Assembly: GCA_003971905.1 (NCBI GenBank)
Contig: RSEE01000022.1
Span: 558,001 to 622,000 of the forward strand
DNA length: 64,000 nucleotides
Reading direction: 5' to 3'
Source of the DNA: Moniliella sp. 'wahieum'
Lineage: Eukaryota
Part shown: positions 48,401 through 61,800 of the stretch, in pieces
Layout: each line of letters starts with the position of its first letter
Numbering within the stretch: the first letter of the stretch is position 1
Notes under the pieces: model-generated
The model's input: the letters and a program-made list of their open reading frames with translations, nothing else
Told to the model about the DNA's origin: nothing
The model's database searches: none
Position numbers and translations under genes: made by a program

Positions 48401-50980
48401 TATGCGGTACCGACTCAAGTTGTGGGACTTGGACGCTTTCCAGCACCTTCAAACCGACCATACTTACCTTGCTGATGCTGCCCGTGCCGTCGCAGCCGCC
48501 TCACCCGCCACCCGCCGGCTCGACCCAGGCACAGGGCCTACCCAACGGCGCACCATCCACCGCTGCCACCACGGCTTCCCGTACCTCGGTCCCTATTGCC
48601 GCTGGCTCTGGGTCCGGTGCCGGCGCTGGGTCTGGGTCTGGCTCAGGGTCTGGGTCTGGATCTGGGTCCGGCTCGGCCTTCCCCACCCCCCCTACGCCCG
48701 CTGCTCCGCCCGCTGCCAGCCCGAGCGTGGGATCGGTGCAGCAGTCAGAATCGCTCACCCGCCAAGGCGTCACCACGGCCCAGTCGGCCATGCAGCATCA
48801 CCAACACCTCGCCGCCCAACAACGTATGCAGCACATGCTCGCTCTCCAGCAGCACCAGAACGCCAAGGCAGCTGGCTCGCCTCTCCCCGCCCAAGCGCAA
48901 GCGCAAGCTCAAGCTCAAGCTCAAGCTCAAGCTCAAGGTCAGGCACAAGGTCAGGCCCAAGCCCCTTCGTCCAAGGCTGCCGGGGGGGAGGTACTTCGTT
49001 AGCTGCCACCCCGCGTATCCCGCCTTCTCAACGGGCACCCCGCACCCTCCTACATCGACCGCCACCGCACCCCAACCTGACCCGAGCAACTTGACCCTGA
49101 CCCCGCAGCAGCAGCACCAACTTCACCTGCTCGCACTGCAGGCGGACCCGGGCAAAGCTGCGTCGGCCCCCGGTTCGGGTTCGGGTACGACGACACCACC
49201 GGCACGGGCGCGGGATCGGGATCGGGTTCGGGCGCAGGATCGGCAGCTTCGGCGCGGAACAAGGGCAAAGCTTCGCGCGCACCTAAACAGCCCAAAACGC
49301 GCTTGGCCACAGGTCCTGTACCGGCAAGTGCATCTGCATCTGCATCGCCAGGTGTATCGGAAGGTGTTTCGGCTACTTCCCACCTTGCCCCTTCTCTTCC
49401 CCTTTCGGAGCCTGGGCGATCAGCTGCTGGGGCTGGGGCTGGGACGGCGGCTGGGGTGGGAGCTGCTGGAGCTGGAGCTGGAGCTGGTACCGCTGCAGGA
49501 ACTGGAACTGGAACTGGAGCGGGAGCGGGAGCTGGAGTTGGGACTGGAGTTGGAGTTGGAGTTGGACCTGGGGCTGGAACGGCAGCTGGCAACTTGTATG
49601 CCAACCAGCTGAGCAACTTGCAATTGGCCATTGATGTCGTTTGGGTTACCGGGCCAGTTGGGGGTCCCGACCGGCTTACCGACTGGCTTGCCCACCGGCT
49701 TGTCGGCCAGTTTGGGAGCTCAAACCGCCGGCCCGGCTGCGTCGTCCGCCTTGGCTTCCCCATCGTTGCGCGGCCAAGTCAATCCTGCTGCTTTGACCCC
49801 GGCCCAGGTGCAACAGCTCATCCAGCAGCAGCAGCGGCTGTTGGCTGCTCATCAGGCTCAGGCGCAAGCTCAGGCCCAGGCGCAGGCTCAGGCTCAGGCT
49901 CAGGCGCAGGCTCAAGCTCAGGCGCAAGCACAAGCCCAGGCGCAAGCACAAGCCCAGGCGCAAGCACAAGCCCAAGCCCAGGCGCAAGCACAAGCCAAGC
50001 AAGCCCAAGCGCAAGCCCAAGCTCAAGCTCAAGCACAAGCCCAGGCACAGGCTCAGGCGCAGGCACAGGCTCAGGCGCAGGCACAGGCTCAGGCACAGGC
50101 TCAAGCCCAAGCTCAGGCGCAATCGGCCGGCGCGGCCCAGTTGCGAAACCCGCTCAACTCGGCCCAGCTTCAACAAGCTTTGATGGCCAATCCAGCGTGG
50201 GCGGCGAGTCTGGGTCGCGACCCCGCTCTGCAGGCCAAGATGATGGGCTTGATGGGTCCTGGCCAGGCGGCAGGTCGGAGCTCAGGTGCGACGCCCAACG
50301 CACAGATGATGGCCAACTCCCAGCTTATGCTACAGATGCAAGCGCAGCTCCTCAAACAGCAGCAGCAACAGCAACAACAGCAACAGCAGCAACAGCAGCA
50401 GCAACACACGCCTCAGCTCCATCAAGTACCCGCAACGACAGCCACGTCACCTCTGGCTCAAGCCATGACGCCCGTCGGCGGTCTTGCTGGTGGGAATGGC
50501 TTGTTGGGGACCAATGCGTTTGCTTCGCTGTTTGGCACGCCGCCCGGTACGGGGTTGTTGGCGCCCAGTCCTGTCCCGGGGGCGGCGCAGGCCCAAGCCG
50601 GCTCGCCCTTGGGTGGCATCTCGCCCACTTTGGGGTTGCACTCGGCTCTGTTGGGTGTATCGGCTGGACCTGGCTCCCCAACCCGCCTTCAGCCCTATCG
50701 CCCACCCCGTCCAGCGTCTTACCTGGCTCACCGTTGTTGGCTGGCTCACCACTGCTGGGAGCGGGCAGTCCGTCGTTAGGCTTCAGCTCGCCCTTGGCCC
50801 AGCCCATGGCCCCGTCAGGAACCCCCATGTTGGGAGGCGCACAGCAAACCACAGCAGAAACGTCAACAAGCCATGTGGCAGCAACTCCAACTGCAACAGA
50901 TGATGCAATTGGCCCAGGCGCAGCAGCAACGTGCCTCGCCCAATTTGGCCTGGGTCCGTTTGGAACGGGATAAACGCTAA
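45419..50980 (+). CDS. EPL1: Enhancer of polycomb-like protein (NuA4 subunit) with very long low-complexity QA/polyQ/GS C-terminus
   Basis: [99 protein letters not shown] and ERWRYDADD. Introns 45484-45790 and 45938-46009. The 3' end is approximate. Confidence 0.92.
49852..50122 (+). repeat. Coding hexanucleotide repeat for about 45 Gln-Ala dipeptides
   Basis: Mixed GCTCAG/GCGCAA/GCACAA/GCCCAG units in ORF 49631-50779. A 16-Gln run follows at about 50357-50405. Confidence 0.9.
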
Positions 50981-51006
50981 ATGGGCGTTGCGTTGATGTG
51001 CCGCTG

Positions 51007-51051
51007 GGTCTGGTCTGGTCTGGTCTGGTCTGGTCTGGTCTGGTCTGGTCT
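51007..51051. repeat. (GGTCT)9 microsatellite in the EPL1 3' region
   Basis: Read directly. Confidence 0.9.
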
Positions 51052-51350
51052 GCCCTCTGTCCCTGTCTGTGGTCGGTCGGTCGCCCGCTTGTCGGGCGAC
51101 GAGCTTTTGGATCCTTCATCCTTCCCTTTCGCGCTCGTGTACTTGTTTCTCTCTATCCGCTTTGTGGCCCCAGTGCCCGCCTGGAGGAGGCGGGTTGTTG
51201 TTCGCTTGCGTTGGCTGGGGTCGCCTTGTAAGCTAATCTATATTTAAACCCCTGTACTATGCCTCTCGCGAGCCCAGTTGATGCAATGATGGACTGGTTA
51301 GAAACGTAGAATTCGATCGTGGACTGAAGGAGCGCGGCGCGAGGCCGCAG

Positions 51351-51393
51351 GTTCCCGTAACGATTTCCGTAACGATTTCCGTAACGATAACGA
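51351..51393. repeat. 12-bp tandem repeat (TTTCCGTAACGA) x3 plus a partial copy, 3' of TMA7
   Basis: ttcccgtaacga tttccgtaacga tttccgtaacga taacga. Confidence 0.8.
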
Positions 51394-51460
51394 TGTAGAA
51401 GAAGGGGGAGAAGAGAAGAGGGAAGAGAGAGGAACGAAACCATCCGAAAGACGAATGAGA

Positions 51461-51782
51461 TTACTTCTTCTTCAGCTTGGCAATCGCCGCCTTGCGCTCG
51501 GCTTCCTCCTTCTTCTGCTTGGCTTTGAAGGCGAGGTCCTGTCAGAACAGAGTCAGTGCGTGCCCAAGGCCAAAGGTAAAGGGGAGAGCAGGGTGCGCTG
51601 CAGAACACGTACGTCGTCGTCCTGCGTTGGGACGCACAGCAAAAGAGCACCGGAAAAAAATGCAAACAGGCATGGTCAGCTCACACAACCACGCGGGAGA
51701 GAGGGAGGACACGTACAAGTTCCTTGACCTGCTTCTTGGGCTGCTTAAGAGGCTTGGCCTTGCCGCCTTGGCGTCCGCTCAT
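51461..51782 (-). CDS. TMA7: Translation machinery-associated protein 7 (TMA7/CCDC72), three exons
   Basis: Exons 51782-51717, 51621-51613 and 51538-51461 give [50 protein letters not shown]. Both introns are GTACGT..CTGAC..CAG. Confidence 0.9.
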
Positions 51783-52290
51783 GGTGGAAGTGGAGAGAGA
51801 TGGAGAGGGTGAGGGTGGGGGGAGGGAGCAGGAATTGGGAAAAGCCAGCCACGGAAGAAAAGGAATGCCGGCGTGCGTGGCGGCCAACCGGGGGCGAGCG
51901 AACTGGCCAGGCCTGATTGATGTGTGATGTGTGATGCACGATGGATGAGGCCACAGGAAGAGAAGATGACATAAGCCCGTTGGGGGGGACTGGCCCCGTG
52001 CCGCCCGTCGGGCCCGAAGGCACCTCCGCTTCGCCTCGTCGCTGCCTCTCCGATCTCCCCCCGCCCCCAGCCGAGCCCAGCCAAGTCGAGTCGAGCCGAG
52101 TCGAGGCGAGGCCACCGAGTCCCACCGAGCCAGTCGAACGCTGCCCGGCCGCTCCACCACGAATCCCAGTCGACGTTCGTTGCGCTTTTGCGTCGCTGGC
52201 CTCCTTGCCCTCCGCCCCACCTGCTTCACGACCTGCACGCACCCGCCCCCTTCCCCCCCACTTGCTTGCTTCCGCCCCACCACCCCCGCC

Positions 52291-53494
52291 ATGTCCTCTG
52301 GGCCCCGCGTGTATGTGCCGTTCCTGGCCGGCTGCCGCCTCGGCGTGTGCTGACTCTGTGTGTCTGTGTCTTGGTCTGCCAGTCAGTGTGTTCCCCTCAC
52401 CTGCTCCGGTCACACGCGCCCGGTCGTGCACATTGACTTTAGCGACCTGCAGGAGGATGGCACGTACACCCTCCTCTCCTCCTGCAAGGACGGAAAGCCG
52501 ATGCTGCGCGACTGGCTTGGCGATTGGGTCGGAACCTTTCTCGGCCACAAGGGCGCCGTGTGGTGTGGCAAACTGAGTGGCGGCGATGCCGCGCGCGCCG
52601 TCACGGGCAGCGCTGACTTTACTGCCAAAGTATGGGACACCTACTCGGGCGCTGCCTCCACACCTTCCCGCACAACCACATTGTGCGCGCCACCGCAATC
52701 GACATTGCAGGTGACCGTATCCTGACGGGCGGGCACGAGAAGAAGATTCGGTTGTTTGATCTCAACAAGCCGAGGCCGAGCCTACCTACTTCACCTCCCC
52801 GGCTGCTGGCGACGGGCTGGCGCACAAGGACGTGGTCAAGTACCTGGTTTGGGACCGCTCAGCGGACGAAAACGTAGTGATCAGTGGCGGGGACGACAAG
52901 GTGATCCGGTGGTGGGACCTGCGCAGCCAAGGTGCCACCCGGGAAATCACCCTGGACCAACCCATCACCTCGATCCAGCGTACCCCGGGTAAGTTGGGCG
53001 AACTGGTCTCGGTCACGACCGGTAACGATGCCCTGTTCTACAATGCTACTGAGTACGTTCTTTTTTCCTCTTGCCTCCACCGCCCCCCCTCCCCCTCTTC
53101 CTTAACTTGCTTCCAACGTCGCTCGTTGGATGATCGTTGACCCCGTGCCATCTTCCTCTGCTCCTTCTCTCTGCTCCTCTCTGCTTCTCTCCTTCCCCTT
53201 CCCTCTCTCAGTGGCCAATTGGTCAAGAAGTTCACATTGGCCGAAGCCCCTCGAGTGCATCGGTTCAGCCAGTGCTGGCGGACCGGTTCATCACGGGCAC
53301 TGTGGGTGATGGGTGGGTACGTGTGTACGATTGGGAGACGGGAGAACAACGGGAACTGTTCAAAGGCCACCATGGTCCGGCCCATATGGTCTCGTACTCC
53401 CCCGACGGCCAACTTGCCGCCAGTGGCAGTGAGGACGGTACCATCCGCTTGTGGCAACGTTCCCGGCACTCAATATGGTCTCTGGACCTCCTAA
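52291..53494 (+). CDS. STRAP/UNRIP-like WD40 protein
   Basis: VPLTCSGHTRPVV, SSCKDGKPMLRDWLGDWVGTFLGHKGAVW, TGSADFTAKVWD, HNHIVR, TGGHEKKIRLFDL, KGHHGP and ASGSEDGTIRLWQ. Ends YGLWTS*. Introns 52311-52382 and 53053-53211. Confidence 0.92.
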
Positions 53495-53939
53495 CGGTCC
53501 CCTCCCTTGGCATATTCAATCCCCTCTCCCCTCCCCTCCCCTCCCCCTCCCATCTGCCAGCTCTGGTGTGGGTCGAGCGAGCAGCTAGAGAGGGTTCGTT
53601 TGCCTGGCCAAACCTGACCACAAGACGGTTCTGTTCGTTCACGTTGGCTGATCCTGGCCATGTTCTAGGATGGCCCGCTTCCTACGGCCCTACGGGTCCT
53701 TGGATATCGGCGGTTGGAGAAACCTATCTTGACTGTCACAGGGGGAATAAGGAGAAAAGGTCGACTTCATCTCGTAGGGAACGGGAAGGGAAAACGGCGA
53801 GGAGATATGGAAAAAAAACATATTAGCTGATACATTGAAAGGAAATGTGAGGGCCAACGCATGTTCAACCGCCGAGAGGACACGGGGGAAGCGCAGCCAA
53901 GCAAGGTAAAGCATGTTGCACGAGCAAGTGCCTCTCTGT

Positions 53940-55813
53940 TTAGAACCGGCTCAGATCACGGCCAAACATCATCTTAAGGAACCAGCCAAACGGCACGGCC
54001 AAACGGTTGCGGTTGGAGGACATGAGGGAGTAGGCACTGCGCCACAAGGCCCAAGCTGGCGGGCCCTTGACCATGTTGAGTCGACCCGCCAGCCACGGTT
54101 TTGGAAGATGGCCGCGTGGGAGCCCAACGAGGACATCTGGCCCTTGGACTGGAACACAAACGGTTGCGGCTCGGGGCACGGCACGGAGCGCCTTGGAGGA
54201 TCGTCGGTAGGCTCATAGGGCATGTCGCAGGCACGTACATGACCAAGTACCCATTGAGTTGAGCAGCAACGTATTTGGCCTTGGCCTTGGCCACCTGCGC
54301 CGTAGCCGGCAACCAGTCGCCCTGGATCACACCAGCGTCGCCAATGACGAAAATGTCCTCGTACGCATCGTACTTGGGCACCACCTTACCCTCCGCATCC
54401 GTCGTAGTCAGACTAAGTCGGGCTTGACTTTTTCCAGCTGGGTCATCTCGGCACCCTTGGGCGCCTTGAGCGCGTGCAGCCGGTCGTCCGTAAAGCGCAC
54501 CACCACGGCTGTCCTTGGCGACACCTTGGATGCTGCGCGTCAGCGGGCTGGCGGTAACCGGTACTCCAGACCAGCAAGCCGAAGGAAATGTCGCCATCCT
54601 CCTTGATGTGCAAGACACCGGGCGAGACACCTGTAATGTGCCGTTCCAAACGCACGTCCACCCGACCCGAGACAAAGTGTTCCCGTGCATACTCGGCCAG
54701 CTCGGCATCAAACGAGCTCAGAATCGTCTTGCCCGCGTCAACGAGGATAAGCTTGATTAACGGAACCAAGGTGGGGTAGCGACGACGAATGTCCACGTTC
54801 ACCAAGTCGGTCAACTCACCAATCAGCTCACTGCCCGTTGGGCCACACCCCAACAACCACGTCAAGAGCTTTTGCTTGTCGGCAATGGACAGGTCGGGGT
54901 TGTGGCCTGTTCGAGACAGGAGTGAGACGCCAGCGAATTTGACGACCATTGTTGACGTCCTTGAGGAAAAGCGCGTTGGCTTTGAACAAGGCGTCTGGAA
55001 CGTACGGTTGTTACTCCCCATGGCAAGGACGAGCTTGTCAAACTTGAGGATTGGAGTGGAACGGGTGGCGGGAGCTGCTTCTACTGACGCCACGACGAAC
55101 GTGGTCGACATGTGCGCAGTTGCTGCGACATGGGCTTGGCCGGCTGGACAGGGGTGTAGGTGGGCGGAGAGGTTAAGGTGGGAACTCCAAGCTGCTGTTG
55201 TTCCTCAGGCGGCAACAACGGATCCACTCACGGAACGTAGGGGGATGTGCACTCGCAAGCTCGAGAATCTTGTTGTCAAGGTCCACTCCGTCGACCCACG
55301 CGCGGTGGAAGCTGAGTTTCTCGGACGAAGTGACGGGCTCGGTCACCGCACGGAACTGTACAGACACGGTCAGATATGGATCGAGCACAGTGCACTGGGC
55401 ACCCAACGAGCAAGGAAAACAATACGCACATCCAACGTGCCCACCGCGGCCTGGGCCAAGAGCGGTGTCATAGTGAAGTTGGGGTTGGGAGAAACAATGT
55501 GGACCTCGTACTTGTTAAAGTCGAGTTCTTGCTGCATGATCTGGCTGCCCCAGCCGGTCCCGACAATGACCAGGCGTTGCTTGCCGTTGCGCCCCATGCC
55601 CTTGCGCTGTTCGGGCTTGGGCCCGGCCCCAGGACCAACAATCGTCGTTGTCGCAGCGGCGGGGACGGGCGTGAAATGAAGGGAGCGAGGGGCAGAGGTG
55701 CTGAGGAAGCGGCTATTAATAGCAGCTAGTGGCGTGCGGCGTGCACTGGCACCGGCAGCGAGACTGCGGCCTTGGGCGTGCATGGCACGGCGAGCAACAT
55801 GGCCGGCAGTCAT
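53940..55813 (-). CDS. Type II (alternative, NDE/NDI-like) mitochondrial NADH dehydrogenase
   Basis: Arg/Ala/Ser-rich presequence, then RLVIVGTGWGS, TPLLAQAAVGTLD, FDKLVLAMGS, GCGPTGSELIGEL, FGLLVWSTG, IFVIGDA, LPATAQVA, FVFQSKGQMSSLG and WRSAY. Ends FGRDLSRF*. Confidence 0.92.
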
Positions 55814-58800
55814 GGCGGAAGTAGGGGGGGTAAGGAGAGGGAGGGAGTGGTGGCAAAGAGGACAAACCAAGCAGGACGCACCAGGCGAAGCCGAAGGCTG
55901 GAAGAAGCATCTTATATCGTTTGAGCCCGTGCCCCGTCGAAAACCAACGTCACGCATCGCGCATCACACGCCACAACCACCGCGTCACCGGTCACCGGCA
56001 CCCCTCCTACGCCGTATCACGCATCCGACGTCATGCATCATGCATCGTGGACATCATGCGTACCAGCCAGCCACCCGTCTGTCTGTTCGGTGATCGATGA
56101 GAAATTGTGAATCATGCACTGGCGCCATGCGGCGTCTGGCCGAATGCATGATGCATGTGTCATGCATCATGCATCGGCGGGATCTGTGATCGTAGGTCAC
56201 CGGTCGCGGTTGGTTTGGGCGGCCGAGCACGGGGCACAGCGCCAGTTTTGTATCGCCACTGCCCGGCTCCGCCGTCTTACCTAGGGAGTGTGCGCCAGTG
56301 CGGTGCGTCGGCGGAGGCCGGAAGCAGAGTGTATATCTTGGACGGATTAATAACAACTAAGGTAACCGGTAACGTAACTAGAGCTGGCCTCTCCTTTCGC
56401 TTTGCCTCTCCCCCGCCTCTTGGCGCAAGTCGCAAGCGTCGCGCTCCACACATTTTCCCTCCCGCTTTAGCTTTTCAGGCGGGCCCGTTTTGCCCCCGGC
56501 TTTCAGGATCCCACAGCCCACCACCGTCAGGCTCGTAACTGATAGCTCCTGCGACGCCCAGACCCTCAGACTTCACACGGAGAAAGAACAGAAAGTAAAC
56601 AGGAGAAAGGGGCTGCTTTCCGTTTGGATGAAAGCGACGGAAATGTATAGAGGGGCTGACAACATATCTTGAGAACGTCCGGGATCAACCTACCTTTCTG
56701 GAGCCGCCGGGCCGGATCATGGCGTCGATGGCGGGTGGGAGGGGCGGATAGGGGGAGGTACAGCCGGGTAGCTGGGACGCTGATATCAGAGAGTGCTTTG
56801 TGGTACAGGCACGGGGAAACCGACAGTAGCTCTCTATATGCTCGAGCCCCCGCGGTATATCGCCTTTGGCGGTCACTGGTCAGCTCACCGGTGATCCTCT
56901 GACCAGACCGAGAGGCCCGCGGCGACAAAAGGGTTACAAATGCTGGCCCGAGCACACTACTCTTTCCTTGGCGCTTTAGCACTTGCTATGCATCGCAGCT
57001 GCTTCGCTCTGCGCCCACACACAGCCAAAAGATCACACTGACCAATGGTGGCATGGCTGCCGCGGACGGATGTTGGGGGTAAATATAAACCGCAGTCGGT
57101 ACTGATAATGCATGATCATCGACCATCGATCATCGATCACTCATCATGCCTCACTCATCAGCATCATCGTCATCGATCATCGGAGATCGGTCCCGGGCGG
57201 GACCCATGCGTGAAACACATTCGCAGCCGCGTAACCAGCCTGGCCGTGCCAAAGGGCGGCCTGGTGTGGCCAAAGGAGGCCCGCCTCTGCAAGCTAGCAA
57301 TACGGCCCTCTCTTTTGCTGGATCATATTGTTCTGTGGTTGATGATTACAATGATTGATCTTTCCAGGGCCAGGCGGGAGGCACATTTCGAAAGGCAGCT
57401 AGCTGTTATACTACTTTTCGCGGCTATGGCGATCCCTCACGCGGCGACCTATCATTTGGTTTACCTTTCGCTGCGCGTCCATTGCGCGTTCTCATCGATC
57501 GCTCAGACCTCACCCTGGCTTACCGGCCCTACCAGGCCCTGTACATCCGCCCGTTCAAGCACTTCTTTCGGTCGGGTGTACCTTCTGTGGCGCACGCATG
57601 CGCGACTGGCTCCTCAACCGGCGGTGCCAAACAGCGACAAGGGCCTGAGAGCGTGGAGGGCAGGGGGGTGCGTGTGGTTCAGCCTGAACGTTGCGCGTTG
57701 ACGACGAAGGTCGATGCCGATGGCGGCGCGAGTATCCTTAACAAACCGCATGCGCTTCTCGCGTTTGAACCTTTCGGATCTGACAACATCAAACTCTGAT
57801 CCTGTCCTGGACCCAGCACATGGGCAGTGTCACCCGTGTCACCAAGTGGCTTGCAGGAATACACAAACCCCAAGAAATCACACCTGACATATTCTTCTCA
57901 GCTCTTAGGTTACCTCGATCATCAATATCCAATCCGGCTGGTGCCCACTCCTCTCTCATGCCCTTGGAGTTACCGGTGACTTGTTGACAGCAAGAAAACA
58001 ACTCGTACGCATTACAAATCTCTTTTGCGTTTCCTCAAACATACCTCGCACGCGTAATGTTAACGAAAAAAGCAAATGCAATTGAAGCACCATTAAGCAG
58101 AAGAAGAGAGGGGTGGTAAATGAGGTAAACACAGGCCCGACCGCAGCGTGTCTGTCATTTGCACGTCACGCGCGTCACTAGCCATTAATCGATTAATCAT
58201 GACTCGTTTTCATGCGATATGCTTACGCGCTGTGCTCTATACCTAACGTCTGTGACATATCTCCGGACCCTGATGCCATTAACACAAGAATATTAATAAC
58301 GGTTGGGCACGGGGTGCGCGGCACCGAATGACCGGTAGCCGTCGGGAGAGGAAGAGAACGGAGATGGAACCCAAACCAAATCGACAGAGGCGAATCTCAA
58401 TGCACATACCAATAATACCTTCTCTTTTAGATCTTAAAGTTCTTTTGAATCTTATCGATGTAAGTGCGTTACTATATGTTCGCCAGTGGCTATCTTTGTG
58501 CATTCCTGTATCTACAACCCCCGGCCCCCACACCAGCCGGGTGCCGACCTGTTCCGACCCCAGGTTAGCCGGAGCCGGCACACCCGTCACTGAGTACTGA
58601 ATATGAATACTGAATCTGAAAACCCCGTATAGTAATTCAGTTCCGACGGGTGAGCTCGACATTGAAGGGAAGGTGAAAAGAGCCGGTGAGCCGGTGAGTC
58701 GGTGACACAAGGCACCCACTTCTTGCCACTGAAGTGCGGGGAAAGCTCGCTCGCTGACACTGGCGCCCTCCCTCGGCCGCTGCAGAGCAGGGCAGAGCCA

Positions 58801-61800
58801 AGAGGGGGACGATCGATGAGCTGATTTTTTGGCAGGCGCCGCGACACTATATCTAGAACGGGTGGCACGTGCGCGTGAGAAAGGCCAACTGTCGAAAAAC
58901 CTTATGTGCGAGGCTACGTACCACGCACCATCGCGTCCAGTATCGATCTCCGGACATCGTAACCGCTACCGGCTCCCGGCTCCCGGCACTGTTACCCCCT
59001 GCTGCCCCTCGATCAATTGCGGCGAGTGTGTGGGGCTCCGCATTCTTTGCAGCACACACGTCTATCTCGGCAGTTGCAATGATAACGCGGTGGCCACAGC
59101 TCTGCTCACGGATATCTGTAACCTGGTGCGTGACCGCTGCGGGACCGCTGCGTGACTTCGGTGTTCAGTTGCGGCAGAGGGAAACAGATATGAATAAGCG
59201 GTTGGTATACATAGCCTGCAGACAAGTGTGTGGTATGGACGTTAGGCCCATCCAATATTCACCAGTCACCGCGCTCTAAAATCCATCTTCTTTCTCTATA
59301 TCTCGCTTGTAGACACAGACACTCGCCCGGCATTCAGCTGGCCGTTCAGCCGGAGACCCGGCCCAAAACGCCTTTCCCGCTCTGGCACACCCTCCCCTCC
59401 CCCCTGCCCGTACGCCAGTCCATCCACCGCGCTGCCACCGTACATGGATCCATTCATATCGCTTCGTATATACAATCGAGGCACCCCAAAGGAGAGGCTA
59501 TACCTCTCGCTGCCGCATCGCTGTGTGTCAAAGCCATTTTGTTGCGATGTAGCCTCATGTGACGGGCACTGTGGCCTCTCAATCAGATAGGCACTTCCCA
59601 CCATGCTCTGTCACTATAGAAAGTAGTAATAGTAACTAATGTCACAATATCGTCGATTGTCCTATCGCAACTGTGATTCCCACTGCCTCGGACGGAAGAC
59701 AGGGAGGGATTTAAAGTGCAAGGATGGAATGTCCCCCTCATCGGCCTCATCCGCCTTTGGGTCCCGGGGGCAATGGTCATTTCTCTTGCGTGGCCAAGGG
59801 GGGAGGGGGGGGCAGACATAATAGTGTGGCTCTAGTGGACCCAAGAACTTAATTGCGCCACCGCCCAACCACGCAGTCGCCCAACAAAGCCACAACGGGA
59901 TTGATGGTGTTCCACACCGATTTGGGGGGGGTGGCACGGTCAAAGGCCCCCGCGGCCATTTTCGCTTCGTATACTTACTTCTTCCGTAGAATCATAGTAG
60001 ATCAGGTTGGGTTTGGGGCCCGCTCCATAGCGACACTTTTCACGTAGCGGGAGTGGCATGTGGTACAAATGCATCCGGTCAGGGAAAGCAATCGCGGGCG
60101 AACTGGATGCCACCACATGACCCGACGTACCGTGGCATCTCATTTTGCTGGAATTTAGTAGATCCTCGTTGGCACAGGCAACCGAGGACGTCATCACACA
60201 TCCCACCCGGTCCCAAATGTCAAGTTGGACGCGACGTGCGCGACGTCTTGCATTCCTTGTGCACTGCTGATGTGTATGCGACCCCACCTGCCGTGCCCGG
60301 TACCACTACCTGCCATGTCCATCAAGCGGTTCAGTCCGACATGGTGGAAGCCTTGGCACACACAACGCACATCGGCTTTGACTGCCGCGTGCACACAGCC
60401 GCACGCATCAGGCAACCCGCTTGGAACATCACTTCGTCGATCACAAGCACGATCCGCTGTCCGTCTGTCCGTCTTTCCTTCCAAATTGAGAAACCGGCAG
60501 TGCTCCCAGCTCAGAGTTGAGCGTTCAACGGACACAGGTAGCACACTGGACGCTGCGCCTCTGGCGTCACAGGGCTGTACTCCCAGATGAGAGATCAGAG
60601 ATAAAGAAGAGTTGACATGCGCCGACCAACGGGAGCGCGCGCGTACAGGTTTACGTTTGTGCTTCTATCGCCAGAACCTCAGTAGGAGGCCTGGCGGAAG
60701 GAAGCCAGGAGGCCACGGAAGCAGCGTAGCACCGACTAAACAACCCCTCACTTATAACCCATTCACCCCTTATGCGGGACACCCCCCAAAACTTTCGACC
60801 TCCAGCCTCATGCCCGTGCCACCTTACCATCCTCGGCAACTCGACCGTGCCCGCACTCTCCCACAAGGACGGCCCGTCGCGTAAATATGCATCCAGAGAA
60901 CGAAGACGGTTGAGGCGGAATGGCCTGCTTTGGCATCCCTGCCCGGTACTGGTGTGTGCCTTTTGGTTGCGAGCGGGCGGGGCGGGGGCACACCCTCTTC
61001 CTCCCTCCCTTGGGTCCTTAGCTGTTACGTTCGTCTGTGAGACGACAGGGTCCATTTTTCCTGAGAAGGCGCCTTCCCGCTTCCCCTGAACATTCCCCGT
61101 GGGCACCTTTTTTCGTTGACGATTTACGTGGACGTTGACGTTTCCTGTAAATGCTTCATGACGCCGACATGGTGGCCACTGACGAGCAAACGCGGATGAG
61201 CGCCTGGAGTGGGCTGCAAAGTACCGCGTGGGCGATTCGCAAGAGACCACGGGCAGGAGACAGACAGTTACGGGAGAGACGTGGGCCGAACGAACGAGGT
61301 TGGGATTGTTGGGTAAGGTATAATGGAGAGCCGTATGGAGCAGGCGGAAAATATGTGGATGAGGGAGGAGGAGGTTTTGCTCACTGTGCCTAATAGGCAT
61401 GCGCTTGGGACGCATTGTCGCCGGTGCTGCTCAGGACAGACCGACTGAGGCGAGACCAGACGAGGGATGCGAGTTGCCACGGCCGCTAAAGAATGCGGCT
61501 TTTTGTGATCTGTGGGTGGACATTGGTCTGTTGTGTAGTATGTGCAGCCCACCAAGGGACTATATGGATGAACCGTTTATTGGTATGAAGAACGGATTTG
61601 AGAAAAGGCTTGTTGGTAGGCTCATGTCGTTCATATAGTTGTGCTCTCTCTATAAATGATAGACTTGCATTTTGTGGGTAGGTATCGTTTGACGGGCAAG
61701 GCTGTGTTCGACGACAATAGCGTCTCCTTGAGGAGGTATGGGTATACACCCTCCTTATTCTCATGCATGGAGAGCTTGGCATTGAGGCCGCGGAGGAGAG

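Noticed and set aside
50170..50409. Poly-Cys ORF on the minus strand
   Set aside because: It is the antisense reading of the CAG/CAA polyQ tract.
49303..50973. 556-aa Gly/Ser/Ala-rich ORF as an independent gene
   Set aside because: It is largely an alternate frame of the QA repeat and belongs to the frameshifted EPL1 tail.
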